A DNA stretch of 64,000 nt, taken from the human T2T-CHM13v2.0 reference genome, Homo sapiens. Under the pieces are notes generated by a model. That model had not been told where the DNA came from. It ran no database searches and saw only the letters and a program-made list of their open reading frames with translations. The stretch lies in the NCBI RefSeq assembly GCF_009914755.1, contig NC_060932.1. One strand, written 5' to 3'. Shown here piece after piece: positions 12,301 to 29,757 of the stretch; the stretch's first letter is position 1, and every line of letters starts with the position of its first letter. The position numbers and the translations under genes were made by a program.

Positions 12301-14389
12301 TACACAGACTGTTCTTTCCAATGTACAAACAGAGAAGCATAATTTTGGAAGCAACAATTTACTACCTTATTTTTCCTACTTTGTTTTCTGTCAGAAGTTT
12401 TATTTTTGAATAAATTCAAATGCTTTGTTTTCAAATATTATTACTAAATTTTCAATAACAAACTATAGAAAAGTTAATATAGGTGACTATGATCATAAAG
12501 AAAGAGACTCTTTACACTCAGTGATGTGAGTCATTAATTAGACATCTCATTTATCAAAAGACCTAACTAGAAAAAACAAAGAACAAGAACTAACACAGGA
12601 TTCTGGTTTTGTTAGGAAAAAAAAAAAAGTTCAAGGAACCTGTATTTAATCAAAACACACAAAACAATCTCCAGATACTGTCTGGCAACAAATTTAGAAT
12701 TTGCAGAGTTGAAATGTTGATTTGCTTAGCTATAAATATTACCTTGATGAAAGACAGCCCTAACTCTGTCTTCTACCACTTCATGTCTGATAAGAAGGTT
12801 ACTATTACGTGTGTTTTCTTAGGAACCCATTAAATCTAACTTTTCTGGAACCATCTACAGAGACATAATTATTCAACATGAAGAGAGATATCCAGATTTT
12901 TTTTTTAAGGAAAATGCCTATAAAACAAAAGTGGGGAAGAAAAGAAAGAGAGCAAGAAGAGCGAAAATTTTATTCAAAATTAAGGACTAATCCAGCAGCT
13001 TTACAAAAAATGATAGAAAACTCCTTTTCATGTCAATGAGAATTCTGAATTCTCAAGTTTGGGCATAGGGCCCATCCTGTGATATGTTAACTAAAAGAAA
13101 AAATTTCTTTTTCAGGCATCTGCCTTCCTTTTTTTTCTATTTCCATGGCAAGCTGTTTCAAGGTGCTTCATGAAAAGCTTCTCAAAACCAATGTGCTCTA
13201 AAAGCCACAAGTTTGATGACTGATGAAAGAGTCGCAAGAGAGAGTTTTTGCATCTCCTCTTTAACAGAGATCTTGAAAAGCCAAATGACTGCGAAAGAAC
13301 ATGATTCATCTTGTGCAAATGCTGAAGAGTATGTTTAACTGTCACCTACTGCATTTTGCAGCAGCGCCTATTCAAAAGCTCCCCAAAAGATGCAAGTGCC
13401 ATTCTGAGGAGGGAGAAAAAACTGAGTCATGATAAATATCATGCTGAACTTTCTTTCATTTGTGGAAATTGTGGGTGTTTAAATGTTACAAATAGTCACA
13501 TTTCTATTCACATTATGTGAAAACACGTATAGTAAGTCCTCAACTATACAGAGCTCCCTGAAAATGAGTTATTCTGAACAGCTGAATGTTCCAGATGGCT
13601 TTGAGTTAACCCACTGAGTTCCAGCTAGAACATAGCAAATATCTTCAAAATAGACTGAGTTTTGTTCATCTGAAATTTTTCAGGGAATAGACCATGCTTA
13701 AAAATGAGTCAAATTTTTAAAAGTTTGTTCTGTAAGGGTACATACTGTGCAAAGTATTTAGCACAGTTCTCTCTATAAATAAATACCCCAAGAAACAGTA
13801 CTAATTGCTGCTACTACTTATTTTGACTACAACCACAATTTCTACAGGTTCTTAATCTTTTTTGGTAAACTTTGTGTTAGAGTTAAGCCACCCTTGTATC
13901 ATCTGACTGAGTAAAACAGAAAAGAATTAAGAAGACTAATTTCAATGAATGGGCTGTATGGTGTTATACTACAACTTTATTGTAATTCAACGCCTGCAAA
14001 AGAACTAAACAGAAATATTCAGTGACTCTAATAATAAGGCAAATTAGTCATTATTGCATTGACCCATTAACATGTTACACAATTCTTCCTGTGCACGCAT
14101 GTCTGTTTCTTCCTTTAAGATTATTACAATTTTTGAGGTTTCTTTCCTCTGATATTTGAGAGAATTATGTCTACAGCTTAGTGGAGTGATTGACATATAG
14201 CTGGTAAAAAAATGTTTGTTTAATAATGAATTCTGAAGCCGCCTCCAATGTGCTGCATTTGTACTTGACATTGCACAGGTTTTCATGCTGCCTCTTTTTA
14301 GTTTTTTTTTTTTTTTGTAGTTTTATCAGAAGGGCAAAGTGAATAATCTTCCAAATTGTTGGACTATAGTGATTTGTGTATCTTCAAGG

Positions 14390-14503
14390 ACTAAACCATA
14401 AGTTTCTTGTGATTGGGAACCATGTTGTATTCAACTTTATCCAACTAGAGCCATTGTGGCTTCTACCACATAGTAGCCATTCAATATTTATGGACTGAAT
14501 GAG
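14390..14503 (+). mobile_element. L2 3' end
   Basis: 'gggaaccatgttgtattc...cacatagtagccattcaatatttatggactgaatga'. Confidence 0.5.
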
Positions 14504-14704
14504 CATAATACTGGTGATATTTTCTAATCATATTCTTTTTTCCCCCTTTCTCCACCATGGTGATTTCATTTTTCTATTCCTAAGGGACTACAACTTGTGA
14601 GGTTCGAGTAGATTTTTCTTTTGACCCAGCAGAGGTATTCTTTCTATGACATAGCTTATAGATAACACACTATTATAATTATTCCCTCAACAAATAATTA
14701 CAAA

Positions 14705-14920
14705 CTAATGGTTGAGAGCAAATCTTTGGAGTCAGAGAGACGTGTTTGAAATCCAGCTCCGTCACCAACTGCTTTTGTGACCTCGGAAATGTAACATAAC
14801 TTTTCTTATCCCTTGTGAATAAAGTTTACAAAGACCTAACGGCTGTCTAGAGGATCAAGTGAGTTAATTTCCATATAGCCTTTAGGAGCGTGCCTGACCT
14901 TAGTAAGGTGCTAAGTACCC
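14705..14920 (+). mobile_element. MIR
   Basis: 'tggttgagagc...tggagtcagaga...aatccagctccgtcacc...tgtgacctcgg...gaggatcaagtgagttaat...gtgcctgac'. Confidence 0.75.
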
Positions 14921-15889
14921 ACAATGAGCCTTTTAATATCTTATGTGTGTATTATACCCTGTAGGAACCATGTTGTAAAAAGATCAGGAAAATACACTTT
15001 AGTCATTACAAGGTATTGCAATATTTTCTTTTTACACCACCATTTGATCTGATAGCTTTACCCCTTTTGACTAGGTTTGTTCATTGCCTTTGGTTATTTC
15101 TTTATCAATAGAGAGGTTTTGTTTGGCTTAGTTTTGGTGCCTTTAGATAAGAAATTGTTCCAGGAGCCTGAGAATTCTGAAAAGCTAATCTCTGAACAAT
15201 TGTAGTTTTAATTCCCTAATATTGTTCAAACTATTAATCACTTTTGAATCCTGTAATTTTGTCATATAGTATTTTAGAAATCAATGCTTCTGATTCCTTG
15301 ATATTACTAACAAGTGCAGAGGAGAAAGATGAAAAACAATTTTTTCTTAATAGTTATAAATTTTATCTTTGGTTAAACATTTTCTTTGTGTTATACTTAG
15401 AGAAATACATATATCTTACTTTGCATATTTAATAATGGGTATACAATTTTTGAGAAAAGAACTGTAGTTTGTGAGGAGTGAGACAAGACAGCTATATATC
15501 ACAAAAATTCATTATCAAACTCGGTTTTACTGAGCATCAAGGATCATAAGGAAAATACTACATGCATCTGAGGTCACTTTATTATTAAGATCATATAAAA
15601 TTGATATAAAACAGTAAAGAAAGAAAAATCTTTCACAGATTTTTAAGATTGTGAAAACATCAAAAATTCTAAATAACACATAGATTCATGTGAAATTAAA
15701 TGAATTCTACATGATTCTATGTGTTAAATTCTAAACTCATGTTGAATTAACATTTATTTAGAATATTAAGAATGAAACATAACAACTATGTTTCATTCTT
15801 AGTATTAAAGGAATTCATCTTGGGACATATTTTTTGTCCTCACGCACACATCACAAATCCATAGGTGATCTCATCAACTTTCACTGCTT

Positions 15890-17010
<1,121 letters not shown>

Positions 17011-17029
17011 TTGTCCCAAGATCATTTAA

Positions 17030-18500
17030 ATTCATTTTAATCCATCCATTCATTCAAAATCATGTTCACAGTAGAGGGATAAAACAATAACCAAAAAAAA
17101 GACAATTTCTTCCTTCTGCCTTCAGAAGCTTACAGCTTAGTAGGAAAACCAGATGTTGTCAAAATATCAACAATAAACATATAATTACAAACTGTGATGC
17201 AAATACTGCAAAGGAGGCATACCGAGTTACAAGGCAGCCAATAAAGGGATTCCCAAGCTAGTGGGTGCTGGGGGAAGAAAATGCCAAGAGGGAGGTTTTC
17301 CCTAAAGGTGGGTTTTAGTCCACTGCCGTTGAGATCACAGAAATTGGAGTCAGACTGCCCGGGTTGGAAGACTGGATCTATCACTCATGCAGTGTGTAAC
17401 CTCAGGCACACTTTAAGTGTCAGTTTCCTTATCTGTAGATATTAAAGCAGTATCTATGTTTACACATATCTACATATATTAAAACTATGTTAGAATTTAT
17501 TTCAAGTACTTAACATGACCAAATCTAATGAAAATTGTGATTGACACAAACTAGTGCTTTTTCAGTGCAAAGATAAGAATAGAAGCTAACTTTGAGTGAG
17601 CTGAAGGGAGGATGGAGGTGAGAAAAGAGAGACACTTAACATAGACACCTCCTTTAAGGAGTTTTGCCATGCAGATGAACAGAGAACAAGAACTGTGGCT
17701 GGAGTTCAAGAAGCCAAGGGATAATTTCATTTGTTTATTTGTACTATGCGAGCTACTCTGGCATGCTAGTAGGAATGACCCATTTTAGTAGAAAAAACTG
17801 ATGATGCAGGAGCTGGCAAAAACTGCAAGAATAAAGTCTTACGTGGGTGAGGGATGGCTGGAATTAAACAGGAGCTGGGACAGTTATTCTATTATAACAA
17901 CAGTTTTAAAATTTAGGTTAGCTCAATGCATTCATGAAAAATTGTGCCAGGTGTAAGAGACAAAGGAGTTAACAAAAAAATACATTTGGTGGGTGGGTGC
18001 CAGATGAAATAATTCTCATCTGGCTGTATCTTTTACTAAGGAAGTGTGAAGTCATCAGCTGAGTTTTATCACAGATGTTTGAAGAGGAGAAAATATGAAA
18101 TAATTTCTGGAAGAGTAAGTAACAATAAATATTTACTGTGGAATATGGGAGGAGCTTTCATGCTGCTTGATGATTTTGTCATTTATTCTACGAAAGAGAC
18201 CAGTCCTTGTGGATGTTAGAATTTCCTAGCAATTTTCAGCCACCTGGTTGTAGGCATAGAGTGGGGGAGGGACGATTATGATCAAGATTGGGGTTTTGCC
18301 AGAACAGTGCTAAGAAATAAGAGGAGAACAAGGTGAAGAGTGTTTGCAGAAGAGAGGCTGCAGCCTTTAGTCCTTGTGATCTACACTTGGCAGGGAGGGA
18401 CAGTAGGACAGTGGTGGCTCAATGGATCGAAGTTCCCTGTCCATTTGGGGATGGGTGGAGTGGCAGTACAAACCCAAGTCGGCTGTAAGGAACAGGTGAC
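17030..18500 (-). mobile_element. L2 fragments (degenerate) with a MIR (+) at ~17345-17460
   Basis: 'atccattcattc...ctgccttcagaagcttacagcttagt', 'gacacctcctttaaggagttttgcc'; MIR 'tggagtcagactgcccgggtt...cagtttccttatctgta'. Confidence 0.6.
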
Positions 18501-18934
18501 TTTATTGCTGGGTGTGCTTTCCATTTAAGAAACATTCTAGGTCTATTCTCTAAATAACCATTTTGCTGTTATTGGATAAAAAGCCCCTCAAAAGTTGCTC
18601 CCAGGAGAAGCTGTGACACTAATTTTGAAATGTTTAATTTGATGTAAAAATGTAATACTTGTAACAGCTTTGCACTATTTATTTTCATAAATGAGGCAGC
18701 AAACACTTTATAAATAATTGGGGGCTCTTCACCCCGGCTGTGGGCCACTCTGGCCTCATCTGTTCCCCTACTGTGTCTCCTGAACGTGTGTCCTGCCCAG
18801 CAGCACTTCACAGTAGTATTAGATTCTTCGGTTGAAGTCTGTACACAGAGGAGAAATTTGTTGACTCAGTAGAATGGTTGTTAAGTTGTTAGTGTCAGAT
18901 CACCTGGATAGATAACATTTTAAAAGAAAATTTA

Positions 18935-19045
18935 TAAGGAAAGAATTTTTAAATACTCAAAAACATCAAAAGCAGAGAGAAAAGACAATGAATTCCTGTA
19001 TGTTACTTTGCCCCGATTCAACAATTGTCAAGAATTTGAAAATGG
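18935..19045 (-). mobile_element. L1ME-like 3' end fragment
   Basis: 'aaaagcagagagaaaagacaatgaattcctgtatg...gattcaacaattgtcaa'. Confidence 0.45.
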
Positions 19046-19079
19046 CTGTGTTTTGAAATTCCTTCCTTTATAACAACAT

Positions 19080-19111
<32 letters not shown>

Positions 19112-19365
19112 GAGACAGAGTCTTGCTCTGTTGCCCAAGCTGGAGTGAAGTGGCACAAACACCTCTCACTGTAGCCTTGACTTCCTGGGCTCAAGTGATC
19201 CTCCTGCTTTAGCTTCCCTTGTAGCCGGGACCACAGGCATGCACCACCATGCACAGCTAATTTTTAAAAACACTTCTGTAGAGACAGGGTCACTCTATGT
19301 TGCCCAGGCTGATCTCAAACTCTTGGGTTCGAATGATCCTCCCACCTAGGCCTCCCAAAGTGCTG
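19080..19365 (-). mobile_element. AluJ, slightly 5'-truncated
   Basis: J-type 'tcactgtagccttgacttcctgggctcaagtgatcctcc'; TSD acaacat at 19073-19079 and 19366-19372. Confidence 0.92.
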
Positions 19366-20119
19366 ACAACATAATTCTTTAAGGAAAAAATACAACTCTA
19401 AAATGATATCTGAGTTAAACGTAACAAATTAAATACTAGTCATGTCTTTTTCAGCATATATTTTCTGGGTTCTTCACATGTACAAAGCAATGTACAAAGA
19501 GCTGGCACAGAATTGTAAAGAAGGCAGACGCATCTCTGCCTGAGAGAGGTCTATTTGCATCATCAGAACCAAGTGTGTCTCAGAAAGCTCTAATTCTTTC
19601 ACTTTTACAATTCATTGATTGTTCCATAGTAGCCAAAACTAAAAAATGTGAATTCTTATCTTAATGCAGAGAACAGGGAGAGCACCTGACATCTAAATTT
19701 AAAATCTATAAAAGCTGTTATTGCTTAGGATACATTCTGCTAGTTAACTTTCGCTTTTGTGTTTGCTTTTTAAAAAATCTCTAGTATTCATAACCTATTC
19801 TGCCTGTATACCAATATTATTTCTAATTAGGCAGTTAAAGAAGGTTAACTGATTCCAAATTTCCAAAGATCTATTCAGATTAACAATCACATTGATATCT
19901 TACTAAACAGAAAAAATAAAATTTAAGCTTTATTCAAATGCAGACAAAATAGTTGTGGGGAATAATAATATAATTGGAGAACTATTAGTATCTTAGGTAT
20001 TGTTTAGTTCTTCAATTATAGTTGCTAAAATATTCTAGATAATTCCAAGCTAGAGATCACTCCTACAATTTTTCTGTTATATTTGGAATTGCTATGTTGT
20101 CACTTATGGGAAAGTTCTC

Positions 20120-20592
20120 TGACTTAATATCTGTGCCAAATTGTCTGTTGGGAGCTCAGCACTTTTCCTCCTCCTCTTGGCTCTTCTCTGTGTTAAAGAA
20201 GCTGGAAGCCTGAGAACTAGATTTCTTGGAGTTTCTGTCAGTAGGGCTCCAGGTAAAACCCTGCCTGTAAGAGGCACAACACATGAAAGGCATTAGCCAT
20301 ATTAACACTCTTATGGCTGCAATGGGCAGATAAGTGTTTTTGGGCAGGTGAGATTTTCAGCAGTCCCTAGATAATTTCTCTTGAACCATTGCTGGAGGCA
20401 ACAGTTATCATTGTCTAAAGTTTCTGGAAGTTTCTGTCCCTTTCTGAGTCCTTCGAATAGTGGTGAAATGTGGCTGTAGCTGTGCTTTATCTCTGCCTCA
20501 TACCTCCCAGTATTTCCCTGTATCAAATCTCTTTCTGCTTACTTCAAATAGACAGAGAGGTTTCAGCTTTCCTGACAGGACTTGGACAGATA
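20120..20592 (+). mobile_element. ERVL solo LTR (LTR33-like)
   Basis: 'gctggaagcctgagaactagatttc', 3' end 'aaatctctttctgctt...agagaggtttcagctttcctgac...gacagata'. Confidence 0.6.
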
Positions 20593-20809
20593 AATCATTT
20601 TTATAATAAATCAGAGGAGATGGAAATTGAGAAAATAGTAGACCCAAAAATTGGGTAGAAGTATTTCTGTAATCATGTTATATTGATCTTTCATTTAGAC
20701 AAACAGTAGGTACTTAATAAGCACTCCTTCCTTCTTTTTAAATTCACTAAAGAAATAGTATTTGAATAGATTCAGTTTGTGGGACAGAAGAGCCTCACTG
20801 ACAATTTTA

Positions 20810-21370
<561 letters not shown>

Positions 21371-22744
21371 TCATAACAAGGACATACAATGTCCTTGGCT
21401 TGGAATTATAAGAATAAATAAAGCTGATTAAAAAATAGGAATAACTTACAAATAAATGCCTATTTTGATAGGTTGATATTTTATATTAAAAACAGATCTC
21501 ATAATATTAACAGGTCTTTGTTTTTAGAATTATTTTTTTCAGGTTACATAGCAAATAAATAACAAAATCTCTTAGTACTATTTCAAACTGAACCGCAATA
21601 TTATAAACATAAAATGATTTATTCATCTAGGTATATGATTTTTTTTAAATGAAAAGATTCCAATTGGGTGTGATCAAATCTGCATCATATTTTGTTTGCA
21701 GAAAGGTTTTATGATTGGAAATTATCTTTGCTCACCCTCCTGAATTAATAAAATGTGGCTGACAGTCACCATAGTCTTATAGGCCACAGTTGTTATGAAA
21801 ATATGGTTGCTAGGATACCTTCATTATTTCATTGTCATGTTACACCGGTCTATCAATTAATAAAGAAACACTCAAGTTAATTCTCAGTCACATTTATACA
21901 CATTCTTAGCATATGATTTCCCTTATCTCCAAGTGACATTTCTCCCTGTAGCATTCACCTTCTACTCCATAAAATATTAAACATGAGGTTATCACATCAG
22001 TTTACAAATTACAGCAATGATGCACGTCTTCTACTTAACCTTTCCATTCACTTTCCATCATGGTGAAAGTTCTTACAGCAAATATCCATGCCTAAACTAA
22101 ACTTTTTTTTTCTACCTCTAGATTTACTTCAGAGAAAATTGATGCCTAGGAACAAAATACACGTATTGAATTGATATTTTCAGTCCTTTTTAGTTATTTC
22201 TATAGGAAACAGGAAGGTGAAGCAGGCAATCCTTTGAACATCCCTCCTGCATCTTTAGATATTCAAAACGATTCCCAGGTTATTGCTTTAAACTTTAGGG
22301 TTAGATTCAAAGAAGATGTCTTATAATGGGTCTTACAAATACATTTCATATGACTATTACATTTCAGTCAAAACTACCAAATGCTGTCTTGCATTGCCAC
22401 TTGTCAGAACATCATAGGAATAATAGATTAAAATTTTTCATGTGACAAATTCATTTTATTTACACTTTGTCACTTCAAATTAGTGCCTACTCATTTCAGT
22501 GTATGGAACCAAAATAAAATGAGTTACATTAATTTTCCAAAAACAAGGATGCAACACATTCTGAGAATTGGCAAAAGCGGAAATGTTGATTCTAATTATA
22601 AAACATTATATAAATATAAAAACCTTTTCATGACTTCATATAATTTTGATAACTTCTCAAAAAATTCCAGCAAGTGAAAGTATTGTTACCCCTACTATAC
22701 AAGAAAACTGAGTAATATCTGGATTTGCAAAGTATCATTCAGTA

Positions 22745-24358
<1,614 letters not shown>

Positions 24359-24390
24359 AAAAGATTTCTTAATGTTTAGAATTGTTTTAC

Positions 24391-24703
<313 letters not shown>

Positions 24704-26696
24704 TCATTCAAATTTCATGATCAATATTTGTCAATATTTGTAGGTGAACAGTTTGTTCAAATTTTATAACTAGTAGAATGCAAGAAAAAGAAAAAAAGAA
24801 TACACAATTCAAGGAGTGAATGTCTCAACTCTTAAAAATATTTGTAAGCAGTTCAACATATCTTTATATTTGTATATAAGTACATTAAAAGCAATTGTAT
24901 CAAAACCCAAACTGACCACACAGATGTAATATTTTTTAAACTTCTCCTGTGCCAAAGACTGTACACAGCTGTTTTCAATTCACTGAAATGGATGTGTGGT
25001 CTTCCTTTCGTCAAAGAAAAATATCTCTCTCATTTTAAATTTTTATGTGTGGCTTGGCAAATCATATAGTTAAAGTAAGAATATACTCATGTGAAAAAAT
25101 CTTTATCAATCCTGATGTCCCATGAAATGGGTTAAAACTGTCTTGTAATGAAGTATATGAAATTTACTAATGTTTTTGATGCTTTACAAATGTCTCTCAA
25201 GTATTACTCAGATGTGTTTTCAGTATAATTCAACCACATTTTTTAAACTTTGAGAATCAGGAATTTAAACAATGTAATGATAAATTAAGTTCCAGGATTA
25301 TAGTATTTTTGATGCAATGATGAGATTCAGAGACTTTTGAGTTTCACGCTGCTATCAGTTTCCTTTTTATCACAGATCAATCTTGATTTTTCCTTAGCAA
25401 AATATTATATTTCATTTCCCAGAGATTGTGCCCCCGATTCACCTTCACCTACACTTTTGTCAGGCTCAATACATTTTAAATAGTATTCGCTAGGGCAGTA
25501 TAGAAACATTTTCCCATGCAACTGAAAAAAGCACTCGGTGGTTATGCTTCCTTATGACTTTGGCAGGCCTAACAAAATCTAAACACATTTTTACTTTCTT
25601 GTAGGCCCCATTTTTGGTTTTAAATTCATCGTGTAACCTCTGAAAATATTAGAGCGAGGTATGGACTTTAACATGACAAATTTATGTTTTCATCTACAAA
25701 TTCCTTTCCATTTTTAATGTTAAAAAATTGAAAGTAGGGTTCGACAAATGATTATTATATAAGATTATATTATGAACATATCTTTTCTCAATATTTCAAA
25801 TAGCTTCAATCATTATTTCCTTGAGATGGCACTAGGGCAACTTTGTTCTTTGTGTTGAACAGTGTACTCTCACTAATTGAAAATATTTATCTCTTCTTTT
25901 CCCCATTTATTTTTATAAAATTCTTTTGTATCATAATTTCTAGCCTCAGGACAGAAGCGATTCCCTTTTTGTATATTTCTTCTAACTATAGACATAATGC
26001 AATAATTCCAAGCGAGCATTTCACATTTCACAATGACAATTTTTCAAGTCAACTCAATCAAATATTTATTAATGGCCTACTGTGGGTCATAGACAGTAAT
26101 GGTAGGCTGCTCTTCCTGTCTCACTGTAATCTACAAACCATTGTTAAAATGGCACAATTGACACTAAATCGCCAATTCAGACTCAATGGATGAGATCAAC
26201 ATTGCCTGCACTTTAAGCAGATGTGAAATAAGATGTGATCATTTAATATCACTTCATCTTTCGATTATGAATACCTCCCTAATTTTACCTCTATCTAATT
26301 TCTCAGGTCTCAGAGAGAATGAACTAAAAGAAAAACAATAAAGGAAAATCAGTAGACGATGGAGAGCATCTTGATGACCTATTGGGAATGTACATGGTGT
26401 GTGAAGAGAGGGGATTATTATTATGTGCAAGATATGGAAAAATGTGGCTGGGAAATAAAAGAGAGTAAAGACCAAAAGATGGGAAGAACAAAAATGTCAC
26501 GAATAAAATGTCATGTTTTATTTAGGTGCATTTTTATTTGGTTTGGTTTTTTCTTTTTATTTGGTTTCATATTTTGACTTCCATATTACTAGTAAAATAT
26601 TTTATAGCTATAATTCTAGAAATTATAAAATTCATGTAGGGAGTCTATGTGACACTTAATATTTTGAAGCAAGGATAATATACTTTTTCCCTATAG

Positions 26697-26826
26697 ATTC
26701 TCTACTGAATATATATATATATATACACAGTAGAGAATATAAATATTTTATATATATAAATCCATACGTTTTATATATATATTTATATATTTTATATATA
26801 TATTATATATTATATATATATATAAA
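26697..26826. repeat. (TA)n / AT-rich tract with flanking inverted repeat
   Basis: attctctactg (26697-26707) and cagtagagaat (26728-26738) around (AT)n, followed by a ~90-bp TA-rich tract. Confidence 0.9.
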
Positions 26827-28499
26827 ACAATGAGTAACAACCTTGCCATTGTTGAACTGTTTTTTAAAATATAGACTATAGGAATTCTACTAAATGTTCT
26901 GCTTGGAGATCCAGCATTAAAAATCATATTTTGTCTCCTAGGCACCACCCACCCTCCATTGAATCCTAATACCTGAGCTGTAATGGGAAACTGTCTCCAC
27001 TTGGTCTCAGGATTCCCCTCTCTATCTTCTCAGTCCATGTGTTCATTAAGAGGCAGCAAGTGAGCTTTAAATCTCTATTTTAGCAGACTGTTTCAAAGGA
27101 TAACATTCTTATTAGAACTCCAGGCTTAAACGATGGTGGAAATTACCCAGACATTGGGTAAAAAGAACTGGGACTTCATTTCTAATACTCTCTGGAGAAG
27201 CATAACCTTTCACAAGCAATAATTTACTCAGCAAACAGACAGGGAATAAATAAACTCAAAATACCTTTATTAGGCAACATAACATTAAAAGCATAGTACA
27301 GTACCAGTGGTCTCTCTTTTATATAAATGATGACGATGCTGTGTTCCCAGTGAAGGTGAACAATGCTTGGCTCCAGCAAACTACGCCAGGAGTCCATTAA
27401 TCTAAAACTGGACTATGGCCCTGCAGGGTATTCTCCATCCCACACTGAAGCCTGGGGAATTATTTTAGGAAAGTCAGGAAGCACTTGTAAAAGCCAAGAA
27501 CTATAAGATGTAAATGTAAATTACAGACTGAAATCATACAGCTTTCCACATATTCATATAATTTTTGGTTTCTTAAAACCTGTCTTTGATTCCCTTCTGC
27601 CATTATGTGAAATCCATGAAAAAGGATATAAATAGATTGATGCAGCTCCTTGAAAACTCATGGTTTGTGGTTAAACAGATGAAAAACAATTTTTCTTAAT
27701 TTAAAAACTATAAGTTTGAAAATGTGTCATGCTAGAAAAAAAATGCTAATTGTCACAAATTCCACAATTATTTCCTTGCTTACAATTTGTAAAGCAGAGA
27801 CAAAAGCCCTTTATATTCTTTCAGGATTTCTGCTAATTCTTAAGAAAGAAATTCTCATTGGTAATTCTTCAAAAATTTCAGAAGTATATTGTCCTTAGAT
27901 TGAGTCTTCCATTGTTAAGATGAAGAGAATATAGAAGTTTTATTCAACTTTTATGTTCATCTACTTATTCAGCAGTAGAGTCAAAACTTAGAAAATACCT
28001 TGGGTTACCTGACACTGCACATTCATGAATTCTGTATCCCATACTAGACCCAACAGAATTTTTAAAATGTAATTTTTTTTCCTTATCCTTTCCTGCCAAC
28101 ACTTGAAATGAATTCAACTGCAGTTGCATTAGTAGTGTGGGCCTGGTGATAGCACACAGAAGTATGAAATTCAGAGAAAACTAGGAAGCACTGAGTGAGA
28201 TTCTAGGACATTTCTTCTAGTAGCTTCTCTCCTGCTATATTAGACAAATAAAATGTTATTTGCTGCTCTGTAGCTTTTGGCCATCTCAGAAGACTCATAC
28301 CTATAAGAAGGATTTTTGCTGCTTTGAAATAGTATTTCTCAAATCATGCATAAGCACAGTTGAAAAAAAAACTCTACCTGTCAATCAACTCAGAAATAAA
28401 CATGAATATTCACTTGTCACTCATTTGAAACCCTGAACTTTTGGACTTAGTGTAGCTCAAGGCTCATTGTTTTACAACATGTTTGTGAGAACATAATGG

Positions 28500-28900
28500 A
28501 AGGAAAATTATTCATCTAATTTGGGAGAAGTGGCTGCTACATTTTGGTGTGGCATGTGGCCTTTCTATGTACACAATGATACCCTGCCATGTACCAGCTT
28601 TTCAGCACTGGCATGTCACCTGGCCTGTGGCATCTCACATTCTCATGTTCTCACACTTGTGTTGTGGCCCAACTAACTCGTTAAGCCAAAGCAAAAAGCA
28701 GGTGGGGCACATGCCTGTCAGAGACTGGAATGGCAGGCCACATGCCTCTCCAAGTGCTGTAAACACCAGGGTTTGTTTGGAAATTTCATCTCCTGGTTAC
28801 AGTAAACATGACTTGAAGGAGCATCCAGCAGAGAAATGGCATGCCCTTTTTCTACAAAAAAATGAATTTTCAGGAAATAATATAAGCTATTAATGAACTG
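28500..28900. mobile_element. Ancient repeat, MER121-like (tentative)
   Basis: ~400-bp GC-richer block starting 'ggaaaattattcatctaatttgggagaagtggctgc', with internal inverted repeats; resemblance to MER121 is from memory only. Confidence 0.5.
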
Positions 28901-29441
28901 CAGAATAACAGAATATGCTATAATGCAACCTAATATCTTAAGACATAATGTATATAATGACATGAGTATAACACTATCATTCATATATCTAAAGTTGGAC
29001 AGCAAACCTAGTAGCGTAAATTATTATAAATTGCATATTGAAAGAATACAGCTCTTGGGTTTTGTGCCATAACTTTGTAAAAGTGGATGTATAATTTTTG
29101 GTAGGAAAAAAATTAAATTACAGCATAGTATAATGATTACCTTTTATCACATCCTTTCAGCTCTAAAAAACCAATTCTTCTATTCTATTCTCAATTCAGA
29201 GAAAACAGCTTTATAAAACTACTCTCTAATCTAAAAAGGAAAATCTAATCAACTACATAAAAATGATAATTTCAGTTCAAGTACTATAAAAAAGTTTCAC
29301 CATTGTACAAAAATTCTAACTTTTGAAAAACTTACAATTGTGGCACAGACACTTGATTTTTGTGCATTACCAATATTAAAAGATTAGCATAAAACAATGG
29401 ACTATTTAGCTTCGTGATTTAAAGATTAAGATTCTTTCTTC

Positions 29442-29757
<316 letters not shown>

